Shown: positions 13,004 to 27,180, counted from the stretch's first letter. The stretch is DNA of 64,000 nucleotides from Paragordius varius (GCA_964247055.1 OZ176050.1:6014001-6078000); one strand, 5' to 3'. Made by a program: numbers and translations. Notes: generated from the letters alone by a model not told the origin.

Positions 13004-16000
13004 ATAAAAATTCGTCTATTAAGCAATTTTCCGGAAAACATTAACACCATTTAAATTTAATTATGCCTCAAACATTTCTTTCAAAAACGTATTAATAATA
13101 ATGGTTGCATTTTAAATATGCTTCCATGTTGAGCCCCACTCATTGTTAATACTTTTTTTTAAAGAATATATCTTGAGTATAGATAAAACCAAATTATTTT
13201 ATAATATCTTCCTTCTCGAGAAAAAATATATTCGAAATGCCATATCTAAAATAAATGTATGAAGCAACTTTCCTGAAAATCGTTTGGGTTTTAAATGTAT
13301 ATATTTTTATCATTTATAAAGCGCCCAGCGGAAAAGAGTCACTTTTTTGAACAGTAGGTATAACAACATGAAATTTTTGATGTTTTCCTGTGTGAAATTG
13401 GATAATTTTAGCGGAAAGAAAACCACTAAATCACAAGTTCTATTTCAATAAATAAAAAATACAAATAAATTTATCAATTTGAAATAGGTTCCCGGGAGAG
13501 TTTCAAAAATATATAAAAATAAAGTTAAATATATTGCAAAATTATATTCAATATTAGTATGCAAACAAAATATATTTTATAAATTTATGAATGCGCATTG
13601 CGTAATTGAGCCACTTTTTTTAAATAAACCCCCGTTTTTACTCCAAAAAATAGGGTTTAAAAAATGCAAGAAACCAAATCATGTCCTTAAAACAACTTTC
13701 TCTAGGGTCCATTCAAATTACATGATAAAATATATTAAATTTCCGATCATGCCAAATGGTAAAGTTAAATGGTTTTTAGTTCAGACTCATACTTTCTAAA
13801 AGTTGGGATAGATTAAATTTATCATTAAAGCTGGTCCGCGTCCATTAATTTAAAAATGTCGCAATATATAATATTTATTTGTAAAAATATTTTTTGGTGT
13901 TGTTATGTTTAAACGATATAGATTTTCCCATAAATATACTGACGAAATAATTTGTTTTCTTATGAGGAGTCAGTTTAATCGACGCCGAATATTGATTTAA
14001 TATTTACGAACCTGGCCGAACTGTAAGACTCTAATCACCAAACCACGCACTAAATAATGCAGCAACAAATGGGAAAACCGGTATACCCATTCAAATCCAA
14101 ATATCGAAAGAATATAATCATTAATGAATGCCCCGACAATAGCTTCGCCCTTTTTTTGAAATAGGCTCCCAGTTCGGGCCCACCCCGTGTGAAAAACGGT
14201 TTTTTTTCAAAACAGAAGTCCACAAAAATCGTGTCTTTGATACAATTTTCCGGAGAACGTGTTGGACCATTCAATTTCAAATATGATTTTTATTTACTTA
14301 TTTTCGATTGCGCCGAACATAGTCGGCTCGCTTTTTTAGGCCCTCTTTTTACTCGCTCCCCCCGTAAAATGCCATTTTTTTCAAAAAAAAAAGTCCACAA
14401 AAATATTTTTTTAAATCTATTTTTCGCCCAAGGTATGAGTCCGTAAAAATTCAATAGGATTCCACGTATTCCCTGTTAAAAGGCAAAAATTTTAGTCAAG
14501 CGTTTCTTTGATGATAGCTGCTGAGTAAGGCGCTACCCGCGAAAAACCGACTCGTCATATCAAAATAGCGTGCTTTTGGGGCTAAATCTCAGAAAACCTA
14601 TCAGGCCATATGAGTTCAATAGCTGCTTAAAGTATTACCCGTAAAAAGTCAAAAATTTTGGTCGAGCGGACTTTTAGAATTAGCCGTTAAATCCCTTTAC
14701 TCCCTAAAAAATGCGCTATCATTGAACTGTTATTTAGTTTCGAATCCATTCTTCCATAAACTATTAGGAATGAACGATGATTTCAGGTATAAAGGTAAAA
14801 TTCATTTTTATATTATCCTCTGGGTAGGAGGTTACGCCTACAACTGCGCTATCATATTAATAAAAATATGTCTATTATTTTGTTTATCCGATCTATTCCT
14901 GTCTGATGGCTATTAGATATTGGAGCTGTCGGATCTTCTGATATAAGATTTGCTAACTTATTTTCGTCAATGTTACCTATCGCTTTTATATGTTTTTTCT
15001 TTGAATGCCATACAAATATATATTACCAATTTCTCCGATTATCATAAGTATGCATAGACACTGTCCAAAATAACCAAATTTTAAATTATTCGATAGTATT
15101 CCTGATATTCCCATTTAGAATGATTTCAATTGAAGATTAAAAATATTTGTACGACATATTCTAATCTTATTTGAAGTCATATATAGCTAGTTTAAAGTGT
15201 TGCCTGTATAATTATACAGGCAATACTAGCCTCTTTCATAGTTGGTATATACCTTATAGATATTATAGTAAACAACTTATTTATCTGACTAGTATTTCTT
15301 GCCTAAATATATAAAATAAAGCACTAAAACATTATTACCTTTAATAAACATTCGCCCAAAATATATTTTTTTATACATGTTCAAAATTTCCATAACCTAC
15401 CATATACATAGATTAAATTTACTTTATTTAGGCTAAAACAGTTTTCAGATTCCATTATACTTCTCGAGATATCCGCTTTTGTAATAACCTTAATCCCGAA
15501 AAAAACAGGTTCAAAAATTTCTCCATCTCAACAGGATGAGGAAAGGTCATTCCCCTCGATTATTAATCCATGTCATTGAGCCGGCTCAACAAGCTCATTC
15601 GCATGGGCCTTAGACTTAGCCAAAAAAAATCATTAACCATATTGTACGATAATTTCGTGATTTTACTATGGAAAATGACCACAAAATCAGGATTAATATA
15701 AAAGGGGATACTCATGTTTATACTAATCAGAGGTAATTGTTTAGGTTGAATTCGATCCCTTGGAAATATAATAACTAGTTGCCTTCACTTATCTCTTTCC
15801 CTACTTCCTTTAATTCTCTACTTATAAATCTAATTCCTCTACAGCGGTTAGCACATTGGTCTCTTTTTTCCTTTAACTTTCCCAAAAATCTAATCCTTCT
15901 TAGGGTAGTTCTCTTTAAGTTACGTTCTTTTATTGTTTCATTCTTACCCTTGAGACCACCTTATATTCAACAGGAAAACCCATGCATTTCATTACTCTTG

Positions 16001-17202
16001 ACTTAGTTTTCATAGTGATATCTTTACTTTTTAATTTAATTTACTTGTTCGCAGTTCCTAATACTATGCGGCCTTTAATATCTGAAGCAAACAAAATTAA
16101 GTGTTGAAGAAAAATGAAAGTTAGTATATTACCTCAAAAATCAGTAAGAATAGACAATGTATACATAAAATAATAGCACAACAACTTTCTAATGCAGCAA
16201 ACCTTTTTAAATTTATTAAAAGCAGGTGGCGTTAAGTAAAAACTAGAGAGATTCTTGGTGAGTTAGTGAAAGGGACAAACCTAAGCATATTTCCTTTGTA
16301 ATAAATGTGATGCATGGGCAATAAATTTTTTCACTGATGTATCGATTGGCAATTGCGACATCTATATTTTAAACATATTTTATGAACAAATTATACCAAT
16401 ATAAATTGGTAACACTATCAAATTCTATAAAAATATATTAAAAAATGGTTGAAGAAAGGGATGACCTGATATGGGTAAGAAATATAATTCAGAATTTGCA
16501 GAGTCATAAAAGTATAAACAAAATGAAATGGCTTATGAAAAAAGCATGTAACAAGCAAAGAAAAAATAATAAACAATTCGATTTACAAGCAAAAATATAA
16601 ATTTATTTTTTGTGAATGAAACAGTAGGAAATCAAAAGAAACGACTCTTCCAATCCTGATATTAAGCAAAACAAAAGTTAGGGAAGACAATGTTTAAATC
16701 AATAAAGATAATAAAAATATTTTAATTAACGAAGATAGAGTTATAGCATAAGAATCTGGTGCTGGATGAGGATAAGTAAAATAAAAGAATAAAATGCCCT
16801 AAAAACGGTAACAAAATGCACACCCAACAAACAGGCCACGGGAGAGGAGCAATAAAAAAATATGAAAAATGGAAAATTGCCTATGAATGGTTAAATACCG
16901 TAAAAGAGTTTAAATTAACTTTATCTACAAGAGATATTATTTTCTTTAATAACACCAACCCCTAAAACTAAAAGTACCATGTGCCGTACATCTTTCCATA
17001 AATATACATATTTAATCAGGATATTTTTGTAACTTTTCTGTTATTTCCGAATCGTTGCATTATTATTATGATATTCACCATATTAAAAATAGCAGAAATA
17101 TTTAAAATATTTGTTTCTACTTATAATTGATAATTATATTAATAACACGTATTGACTAATTTAAATCGCAAATTTTTGTACAAAAATATATTTTTAGGAA
17201 GA

Positions 17203-18931
17203 CTAGACATATGATATTTTATCATCTATCACATTTATATTAGAAATCTTTGCGCATTTTTTGTGTAAGATTTTGACCATTTTTTCTTTATCAATTTGTT
17301 CCAAAGTTAATCCACTTTTCATAGCAAACTTGCAGTACCGTTTAAACATCTATGAAATATATATATATATATATATAAATAATGTTTAAGTGGGTGCTTT
17401 ACATTCGTCGTTAAGATTTTTTTAATATTAAATAAACCTTTACAGTCTAAAAAAGCCGAAAAATTTTATATGGGCCAAGCATTTTTTTAGGTTATTATTA
17501 TGATAAATTATGTTAGGTTTTTTATAAATAATTCAAGATGCAAAAAAATCCATAGTCAAAACATTTTATACATATTTGTATACGTACTTAGCGAAAAATA
17601 AACGTAAAATATCAACAATGACCATAACTATATTTCAATTTTCTAAATTCCCTGTGACATGTACGGCTAAATTAAAAGATTTAATGTGATAGATGTAAGA
17701 TATTTAGAGATAACAATTTACATAATTTAATATTTTATAAATAAAGATTTTTTTAGATAATATAACCAAACATCAATTAAACGGTTCAAAACGTTTAAGA
17801 TAAAAAAACTCTTTTCGCATTATCTTAAATCTAAAAATTTAGCTTTTCTTACCAAAAAAGAGTTTTTGGAGCGCTAAGATTCAGATGAAATTAAAAATGT
17901 TTAAAATAAAAACATTGCTAAAATTTTTGATTATCATTTAATTATCGATCCAATACGAAAATCTCAATCTAATTATCTAATAAATATTCCTTTTGCTTAA
18001 TGACAAAATCTAGAACGCTATTTAGCAGTATTAATTTTATTTCGAAAATCCGATTTTTCTTTAAGCATTAAAAATTTGAATGTATATTTATACTTAAATA
18101 TGGATAATCCTATAACACATACTTATTGTTATGTGTAATGAAAACTATATAATTCAAAAATAATTCACCCTACCTTCTTGATGAATACTTTAAGGGTTAA
18201 AGACTTGTGTTTCATCATAACCTTGTTAATATTGGCATCATAATTAAATTTTTGTTGGGATATTTTGTCATTATTTTGCAAAGGGGTTTTATTAACATCT
18301 ATCGTTTCAGTTTTTTCGTTTTCTAAAACGGTTTCATTGGAAATTTTAGTTTTTTTATTGGGACTATAACCATTTTTTATTGGCCTTTTTAAAATATCTT
18401 CCTTAATATTTTCATTATCATGTTGATTATCATTCAATATTTCCCATATCTTATCACAAATCATAGTATCCTTAATCCGCAAACTATTTGCCATAAAATT
18501 CTAAAAATTAATTATTTGGCTAACATAAAATTTTGCTTTTTTTCTGGGAATATTTGGATAATTTAGCATATTCTTAATAGTTCCTTTTAATTTGAGGTCT
18601 ATATTTGGATTATTTGCATAGTGCTGCTGAAGCTTCTGTGAAATTATAAAAAATATACTTCTAGCCATTTTTCTTGCTTGATTTCACCTTTATTTACATT
18701 TTTATTTGGATCATATGAACTCCCAGAATACTTTTCCGTTTCACTAATGCATTTTGTATGAGAATCATATTCATCACCACTAAACATTACATATTAAAAT
18801 TACTAAAATATCTGGCCACAATCTAAGCACGATAGTTTTTTGCTTTGTTTGCAGCGGTATTTCATAAAATGCTTTAATACTTGTTGCTTTTTAACATTTT
18901 CGCCACAAGTGTCGCAGGAAAAAAATACCAT
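17203..18931 (-). CDS. LYAR: LYAR, cell growth-regulating nucleolar zinc-finger protein. Exons 18931-18804, 18779-18659, 18635-18525, 18500-18174, 17349-17203.
   Basis: The translation MVFFSCDTCGENVKKQQVLKH...SCLDCGQIFYGDEYDSHTKCISETEKY...KGEIKQEKW...PNIPRKKAKFYNFMANSL matches the LYAR C2HC fingers. The C-terminus KFNY...KVFIKK...KILHKK...DDKISYV* matches the LYAR tail. All junctions are in phase. Confidence 0.95.
18501..18524 (-). other. 24-nt mini-intron (LYAR intron 3): GTTAGCCAAATAATTAATTTTTAG
   Basis: Removing it restores KKAKFY-NFMANSL. Retention ends in an in-frame TAG. Confidence 0.93.
18636..18658 (-). other. 23-nt mini-intron (LYAR intron 2): GTATATTTTTTATAATTTCACAG
   Basis: Removing it restores EKWLE-KLQQ in frame. 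Confidence 0.93.
18780..18803 (-). other. 24-nt mini-intron (LYAR intron 1): GTAATTTTAATATGTAATGTTTAG
   Basis: Removing it restores CGQIFY-GDEY. Retention creates an in-frame TAG. Confidence 0.93.
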
Positions 18932-19447
18932 GCTTTTGAGTTGGTATATATGTCAGCAGATGCACGTTTGCCATTCAAACCTATCCAGTAAAAAATTGTA
19001 TTAACTTCTTTCAAATTGCTAATATTTCGTGCAAAAAATAGAGTCTATAAATAATTATCGTAAATATATATCATCAGGAATCTTATGGGGCTTTTCGTTT
19101 TGTGCTTAATAAAGATATAAGATAATTATTGTGACTTTTGTGGTTTCTATATAAGAAAATAGCAAAATATGCACCGATTTCTCCAAATATTTATTTGGCG
19201 AAAGCTGAAGACCCGTTAAAAGGAGCAAGTTTTCTCAAAAACCCAAAATAGCAACATTGCTCGATAAAAATTATATTGATATTAACATTAAAAAAGGGTT
19301 TTTCAAAAATTGTATATTGTTCAAACATTAATTTCTAGCAAAATTTTGGTAAAATGATTATTATGGCTTTTTATAGATTATCAAATGGATTAACATTTGA
19401 GATATTATAAACTCACTTATCTATATAAATTCGATGATACTATTTAT

Positions 19448-19470
19448 CAGGGGTCGGCAACCTGCGGCCC
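19448..19470 (+). mobile_element. hAT (Charlie/SPIN-like) terminal inverted repeat; possible left end of the element whose transposase starts at 27366
   Basis: CAGGGGTCGGCAACCTGCGGCCC is the typical terminus of this hAT group. No matching right end with a TSD was identified. Confidence 0.6.
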
Positions 19471-19767
19471 AATTGAAACCTTCATACGACCCAATAATTT
19501 TTTCCTAAAAAGTCTTAAAAAACAATAAAATTTTACTTCGACTGTGCGAAAATTTAATTTTGTTAAAACAAATTTAATTAGCATTACTTTGTTTTGTGTA
19601 AAGGGTTGCTTAAAACACATTCTTTCATTACCACTAGCACCCACACTAACTTAGATAATGGTTTACAAAATCGTATTAAACAAGATAAATATATAACAGT
19701 ATGATAAATATGCACTCGGTTATATTAAGTTAAAATATATATGCGTTATAGAGAATATTAGATAGTA

Positions 19768-20354
19768 TTAACACTTGGATACAACACACTCATTTTAGTT
19801 CTTCGATTCAAATTGGGGTAGTTAGATACCCCAGGCCTGTTTAAAATCAAATACTTTAAAAAAAATGGAAGGAATCGAAACCATGGCAAAATTTTGCATT
19901 TATATAACATTAATAAACCAAAGTATATTAAAAATTTTATTCAAAAATACTTGATATTACTTATTTTGAGCTAAAACCGAAAGGTAAAAATTTCGTCAAC
20001 GGGACATGTGTCAAATTTTATAATTAAAAAATAATACAAAATAAACCGCTTTTTCTATTTCTATCAATGTTAGATGTAATTTATATAAAATAGCTTTAGT
20101 TTTACCCTTAAAATTAAAAGAAGACGATATTTTGCAAAAATTTTGTAAAATAAAAATGGCGTCGAAGTAGTTTGAGATAAAACTTTTTTTTCAAAACAAA
20201 ATTCTATCAAGATATTTTGGCATATTTATATAATATTTATCAGGATAGAAGCATAAATTTATATTGGAACCGTTTTCTTCCGTAGTTTTTTAAAAATTTT
20301 AATTTAAATTTAGTCTGGGGTATTTAGATACCCCAATTTGAATCGAAGTGTTAA
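19768..20354. mobile_element. TTAA-flanked piggyBac-type MITE, copy 2
   Basis: TTAA-CACTTGGATACAACAC...TTGAATCGAAGTG-TTAA. Confidence 0.85.
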
Positions 20355-20473
20355 ACTAAACTATTAGTATAATTATATAGGATATAGTCGATAAAATTTA
20401 TTTTACATGTAAATGGCAAATATATCTTCTTTATACATGTCTTAATATAAGGCTTATCATTATATCCCTAGAC

Positions 20474-23400
20474 TAGGGTGACCAGATTTTATGAAGGCAA
20501 AAGCGTGACAAATCTGAAAAAAGGGGGGGGCATGGGGAGGTACAACCAAAAAATTTTATCCAAAAAATTTATTGTAAAATTTATTTATTTTTAACACAAA
20601 TACATTATATATATAAAAAATATCTCAGGTTATTCGTACCTTATTCATAAATTTACATGTGCACGAACAAAGGGTGAAGCGATTGTATACAATGTTCTTT
20701 CACCACATGCATTTTCTGAAATAGAAAAAAATTTGCAGAAAATAAATTTCATATTGCTATATTCTGATGCACAAAATTATTACCCACTCTCATTCTCTAC
20801 CCAGTGAAAATTCTGACATAAATTTTACCTCAATAATGAATATTCTGGAAAAAATTAATTTAAAAGACAAATTCTCAAAGTGCGCTGGGTGGAAATGCAA
20901 GGAGCGGCACAAAATATTTTTATTAATTTAGCAAATAATCTTAATCAAAACATTATTGGCGGATACACAACGCTATTCAAACAGCTGCTGATTTGTTACC
21001 CCTGGTTGTGGAAAATGTAGTGGTGAAAATGCTTGGATATTGTAGAAATTGTTGGTTAGCTTTTTTGCAAGCTATTAAAAAAATTTTAAAAATGTATGAT
21101 CGCCTACTATTTTTTATCACAAAACAAATGTCTAAAACTCCAAGTCGTGAAAGGTTAGAAAATAATTTTGTACCATTACCTAATCGCAATTTTATAAATC
21201 CTAAAAAACAAGGCTCAATGAATAGCCTGGATATAAAAATGTATTGTTACTGAAAAGATTATTTGGAAGACAAGACGGTGCATTCAAAGACAATTTTTTC
21301 TGAAGTATCATTATTAAATAAATATATTGATTGAAAACTTAAATTGTGGACAACAGAAAAAATACAAAAAAATAGAAATGGTTTGAAATAATCATTTTTA
21401 AACAAAATATATTCCATACATAAGGTGACCAGATTTTTTGAAGGAAAAAGCGGGACAAATCTGAGAAAAGGGGGGGGGGGGGGTCATTGGGGGGTACAAC
21501 CAAAAATTTTTATACAAAAAATTTATTGTAATATTTATTTATTTATAATACAAATACATTATAAATATAAAAAAATTTGTACCTTATTCAATAAATTTAC
21601 ATGTGCACGAACAAAGGGTGAAGTGATAGTAATATTTTAAAAAAAATAATAAAGACGAAATCATCACAAAGTGCGCTGGGTGATGCAAGAAGCGGCACAA
21701 AAAATATTTTTAACAATTTAGGGAATAATCTTAATCAAAACATCATTGGTAGATACACAACGCTATTCTAACAGCTACTGATTTGTTACCCCTGGATGTG
21801 GAAAATATAGATGTTAAAATGCTTGGATATTGTAGAACTGTTGGTTAGCTCTTTTGCCAGCGATTGAAATATTTATAAAAATGTGATTTCCTATTATTTT
21901 TTATCACAAGACAAAGGTCAAAATTTCTAGTCAAAAAAGGTTAGAAAATAATTTTATACAATTACCTAATCGTTAAAAAGCATCCAGAAAAACAAGGCTC
22001 AATGAATAGCCAGAATATAAGAATGTTTTATACAAACAGAAACGATTATTTGGAAGACAAGACGGTGCACAATGATACTTTTTTATGAAGTCTCATTACA
22101 AAATAAATATATTGAATGAAAACTTACATAACAACAGAAAAAAATACGTAGGATAGAAATGGTTAAAATAATCCTTTTTAAACAAATAATGTTCCATACA
22201 ATAATATTTTTAAAGTAGAATTTGCATTATCTTTACCTGAACCAATACTATTGAACGCGTTTTTCCACAGTAAATTAAGTAAGGACACGGAATCAAATTT
22301 AAATGTTAGATAAAAGCTATTTTATGTGTTCAAATATAATTTGACAAATTATGAAGACTTATACAATATTTTAAGTAATTTTGTTTATTTTTTAACATAA
22401 AAACTTTATAAATATAAGAAAATATTTTATTCTTTGGTATATTTTTTGTTTGAGTGAATGCGTTTTAGCAGATTGTCATCATTTTTTAAAATATTGTAGA
22501 AGTTTTCACAAGATTGTCAAATTATATTTGACAGATAAAACGGCCTTTAAAGTTTTAACATTTAAATTTGATGTTTCCGATGTCCACACCTGATTTACTG
22601 TGGAAAAAACGCCCTCAGTAGCAGCGTTTGTTCCAGGTAAAGATAGTGACAAATTTTTAAACTATTATTGTATGTATTCAAAATGTTGAAATATTTCCAA
22701 CCATTTCTTTTCTACTGTATATTTTTCTTTTGTCCATAATTTAAGTTTTTCATTAATATATCTTTTAACTAATGATTCTTCAAAGATCATTTTCTGAAAG
22801 ATTACTTTTTGAGAATTTTTGGGAACAGATATAATCAAATGATTTTTGAACATCGCACCAATTAAATTCTGATTTTAATGTTATCCAATGAAAATGATCA
22901 ATTTCATTGAATTGCGTCGTCCAGTCATAATCTTTACAGTTTGTATAAAACATTTTTATATGGTACAGGATATCTTGGCGATTTATTAAGCCTTGTTTTT
23001 CTAAATTATTTATTATATTGCGGATAATTATTGGTATAAAATTATTTTCTAACCGTTCTTGACATTGAAATTTTAGGTTACTGACTTCATTGGCTAATTA
23101 GATTGCCGAAATTTTGTCACCTTCTATAAATTTAATAGCATTTTGAAAGAGAGAAGCTTGATTATTAAGAATTCTAACCATATTTTTGAAGAATCAGTTT
23201 CAAAAAACTTTTTTAAAGTTGTAGGACATTTGTCCTGTGATAAAATTTTTTAAAGGATCATACATTTTTAAAATTCTTTCGATAGCTGGTATAAAAGCTA
23301 ACCAACGAGTTTTACAATATCCAAGGATTTTTTGATATTGAACTTCTACATTTTCACAGAATTCTTTAAGCGTTTCAACACGTACTGTGTAGATATGAAA

Positions 23401-26400
23401 ATAGGAATATATTTTAACAACTACATTTTCCACACCTAGGGGTAACAAATCAGCAGCTGTTAGAATAGCGTTGTGTATTATGCGCTGCACATCCAATGCC
23501 AATAATGTATGATTAAGATTATCTGTTAATTTATGAAAAATATTTTTTGTTCCCTCCTTGCTTTTCCACCAAAGTTCGTATTGGTGTTGTCAGCGCAATA
23601 TGCGATAATTTTGTCTTTTAAATTATTTTTTTCTAGAATATGCATTATTGAAGTAAATATTATTTCGGAGTTTTCACCGGGTAAAGAAATTAAATCTAAA
23701 ATTTTATTTTTACTCCGGTTTCTGAATCAAAATATCTTATTAAAGTGGGAAATAATTTTGTTTCATGGTGATTTGATGCATTAGAGTATAGGGATAAGAA
23801 ATTATTTTTTAGCAAATCTTTTTGTATTTCAGAAAATGCATGTGGCGAAAGGACATTGCACACAATGGCTTTAGCCTTTGTACGGGCACATGTAAATTTT
23901 TTATGGAATAACGTGCGAATAACCTGTGAGGTACAGTCCATAGATCTAAAGGAATGATTGTGATTAACGGCGTGAAAAGATAACACGCCCTCAGTTAGTG
24001 CCAAATTCTTTTCTTCCTCTCCAAAAGCGGTTTTTCGAAAAAAATCGCTCATTTTGTAAGATGATGCCGCCATATCTAAATATTTTTTATGTTTCTATGT
24101 CCATATGCTTTGTAATATCATGCTTGCCGCCATGTGCTAGGGTGAATTCCCCCTCGCATATAAGACATTTAACAGATGATTCATATTTCGTTTTTTTGAT
24201 AAAAGGAAAATCTTTCATTAATTCATCGTTGAATTTACAACCTCTTTTTGTGCTCATTTTTATAAACTACTATTAGTATAATACCTTAATTTTCTGGAAT
24301 TAATGTGTAAGGTACCGATTTGTGGTATTAATTTGGCTTTTTAATAATGTTAAGTAATAAAACTAAAATATTAGCATAGTAAATATTATATTACCTTAAT
24401 TTTCTGAAATAAACGTGTAAGCTACCGATTTGTGGTATTAATTTGTCTTTTTAATAATGATGACAATAGTAGTAGGAAGCAAAGTGTATATTCATATAGT
24501 ATAAATTCGAAAAAAATAAATATTTTTAATTTAAAAATAAAAAATTTTAATTTAAAATTGAATAGATTTTAAAGATATATAATGATAATCAATTTAAACG
24601 GATAAAAAAAATTTATTTGTATTAAAAAAAAAAATTTTTTTATATAATCGTGAAAAAGCGGGACATTTTAAATTGTAGCGGGAAGCGGGACAAAGTGTGA
24701 AAAAGCGGGACTGTCCCGCCAAAAGCGGGACGTCTGGTCACCTTATCCATACAATAATATTTTAAAAATTGTAGAATTTGCATTATCTTTACCTGGAACC
24801 ACTGATATTGAACGCGTTTCTACACAGTAAAACAGGTGTAGACACGGAAAAACCAAATTTAAATTTTGAAACTTTAAAACCTATTTTATGTATTCAAATA
24901 TAATTTGACAAATTATAATGAATTATACAATATTTTAAGTATTTTTTTTTATTTTTTAACACAAAAACTTCATAAAGAAAATATTTTATTTTTTGGTATA
25001 TTTATTATTTGAGTGAATGCGTTTTAGCAGATTGTCATTTTAAAATATTGTTGAAGTCTTCACAATTTGTCAAATTATATTAGACAGATAAAATGGCCTA
25101 TAAAGTTTCAACATTTAAATTTGATTTTTCCGATGTCCACACCTGGTTTACTGTGGAAAAAACGCGCTCAGTAGCAGCGTTGGTTTCAGATAAAGATAGT
25201 GCAAACTCCACAATTTTTAAAATATTATTGTATGGAACATAGTTTGTTTCAAAATGCTGAAATATTTCTAACCATTTATTTTCTACTGTATTTTTTTTGT
25301 TGTCCATAATTTAAGTTTTTCATTATTAATATATTTTTAACTAATGATACTTCAATAAAAAAAGATCATTTTTTGTTTGAAAATTTTTGGGAGATGGTAT
25401 TCAAATGATTGTAACATCGTCTCCAATTAAATTATGGTTTTAATGTTATGCATTGAAAATGATCAATTTCATTGAATTGCACACCGTCAAGTTATTCAAA
25501 TAATCTTTACAGATTGTATATAACATTTTTATATGGTACAGGATATCTTGGTTTATTAAGCCTTGTTTTTCTAAATTATTTAAAGTATTGGGAATGGTAT
25601 ATTATTATTTTCTAACCTTTCTTGACATTGGAATTTAAGGTTACTAACTTCATTGGCTACTTCGATTGCCGAAATTATGTCACCGTCTATCAATTTAATA
25701 ACATTTTGAAAGAGAGAAGCTTGATTATGTAGGAACTCTAACCATATTTTTGAAGAATCACTTTCAAAAAACCAAAGTTGTAGGACATTTGTCCTGTGAC
25801 AAAAAATAGAATTTTAAAGGATCATACATTTTAAAATTCTTTCGATAGCTGGCAGAAGAACTATCCAACGAGTTTTACAAAATCCAAGCATTTTGTAATA
25901 TTTAACTTCTGCATTTCACATAATTTCTTAAGAGCAACACGTACCGTGTGTATATAAAAATAGGAATATATTTTAACAACTATATTTTCTACGTCGTAAC
26001 AAATAAACAGCTGTTTGAATAGCGTTGTGTATTATATGCGCTGCACACCCAACGCCAACAATGTTTTGATTAGGATTATCTGCTAATTTATGAGAAATAT
26101 TTTTTGTTCCCCTCCTTGCTTTTCCACCGAAGTTCTTGGTGTTGTCAGCGCAATATGCGATGATTTTGTCTTTTAAATTATTTTTTCTAGAATATTCATT
26201 ATAGTAAAAATGTCGGCATTTTCACCGGGTAGAGAAATAAAATCTTTTTAATTTTTAATCTTGTTTCTGGATCAAAATATCTTATTGAAGTGGGAAATCA
26301 TTATGTTTCCTTGTGATTTGATGCATCAGAGTATAGCGATATGAAATTAATTTTCAGCATATCTTTTTGTATTTCAGAAAGGCATGTGGCGACATTGCAT

Positions 26401-27180
26401 ACAATGGCTTCAGCCTATGTATGGGCACATGTAATTTTATTTAAGGTGCGAATAAACTGTGAGGTACAATCCATAGATCTAAATAAATGATTGTGATTAA
26501 CGGTGTGAAAAGATAAAACGCCTTCGGCTAATGTCAAATTTTTTTCTTCCTCTCCAAAAGCGGTTTTTCGATAAAAATCGCTCATTTTGTAAAATGATGC
26601 CGCCATATCTAAACATTAATTATTCTGTGTTTCCATATGCTTTGTAATATCATACTTGCCGCCATGTGCTAGGTGAATTCCCCCTCGTATAAAGAACATT
26701 TAACCAATGATTCATTCTTAGTTTTTCTGATAAATGGAAATTCTTTCATTAATCGAATTTTCAACCTTTTTTGTGCTCATATTTTTAAACTAATATTAGT
26801 ATAAAAAATATTATACTACCTTAATTTTCTCGAGTAAACGTATAAGCTACCGATTTGTGGTATTAATTTATCTTTTAGAAAATGTTGGTAGGTAATAAAA
26901 CTAAATTATTAGTATAAAAGAATATTTTATTACCTGATTTGTGGTATTAATTTCTTTTTGATAATTTTGGCAGTAGGAGTAGGAAGCAAAGTGTATAATC
27001 ATATGATATAAATTGGAAAAAAATAAATATTTTTAATTTAAAAATAAAAAATTTTAATTTAAAATTGATAGATTTTAATGATAACTAATGATAAAAATTT
27101 AAACGGATAAAAAAAATTTAAATGTATTCAAAAAACATTTTTTTTATAATCGTAAAAAAGGGGGACGTCTGGTCACCCCA
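20474..27180 (-). mobile_element. hAT-Blackjack-like element B1 with a degenerate transposase (~26660-25050, minus strand), antisense transposase fragments, and nested element B2
   Basis: Termini TAGGGTGACCAGA and CGTCTGGTCACCCCA, with a perfect 8-bp TSD CCCTAGAC at 20466-20473 and 27181-27188. Transposase motifs EGVLSFHTVNHNH.FRSMDCT and NAATERVFS are present. Confidence 0.9.
21421..24745 (-). mobile_element. hAT-Blackjack-like element B2 nested in B1; degenerate transposase ~24130-22480 (minus strand)
   Basis: Termini TAAGGTGACCAGA and CGTCTGGTCACCTTA, with a perfect 8-bp TSD TCCATACA at 21413-21420 and 24746-24753. ORF pieces include SFRSMDCT...KFTCARTK, IHNAILTAADLLP and YCKTRWLA. AAAAGCGGGAC subterminal repeats are present. 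Confidence 0.92.

Noticed and set aside
14780-16050. Possible LTR-retrotransposon remnant on the minus strand
   Set aside because: It looks like decayed coding sequence with one weak integrase-like HQTGI motif; too degenerate to call.
18880-19050. Open frame of about 56 codons overlapping the LYAR start on the minus strand, behind an AG
   Set aside because: No ATG, no donor nearby and no homology. It is consistent with a GC-richer 5' UTR, and trans-splicing cannot be inferred from it.
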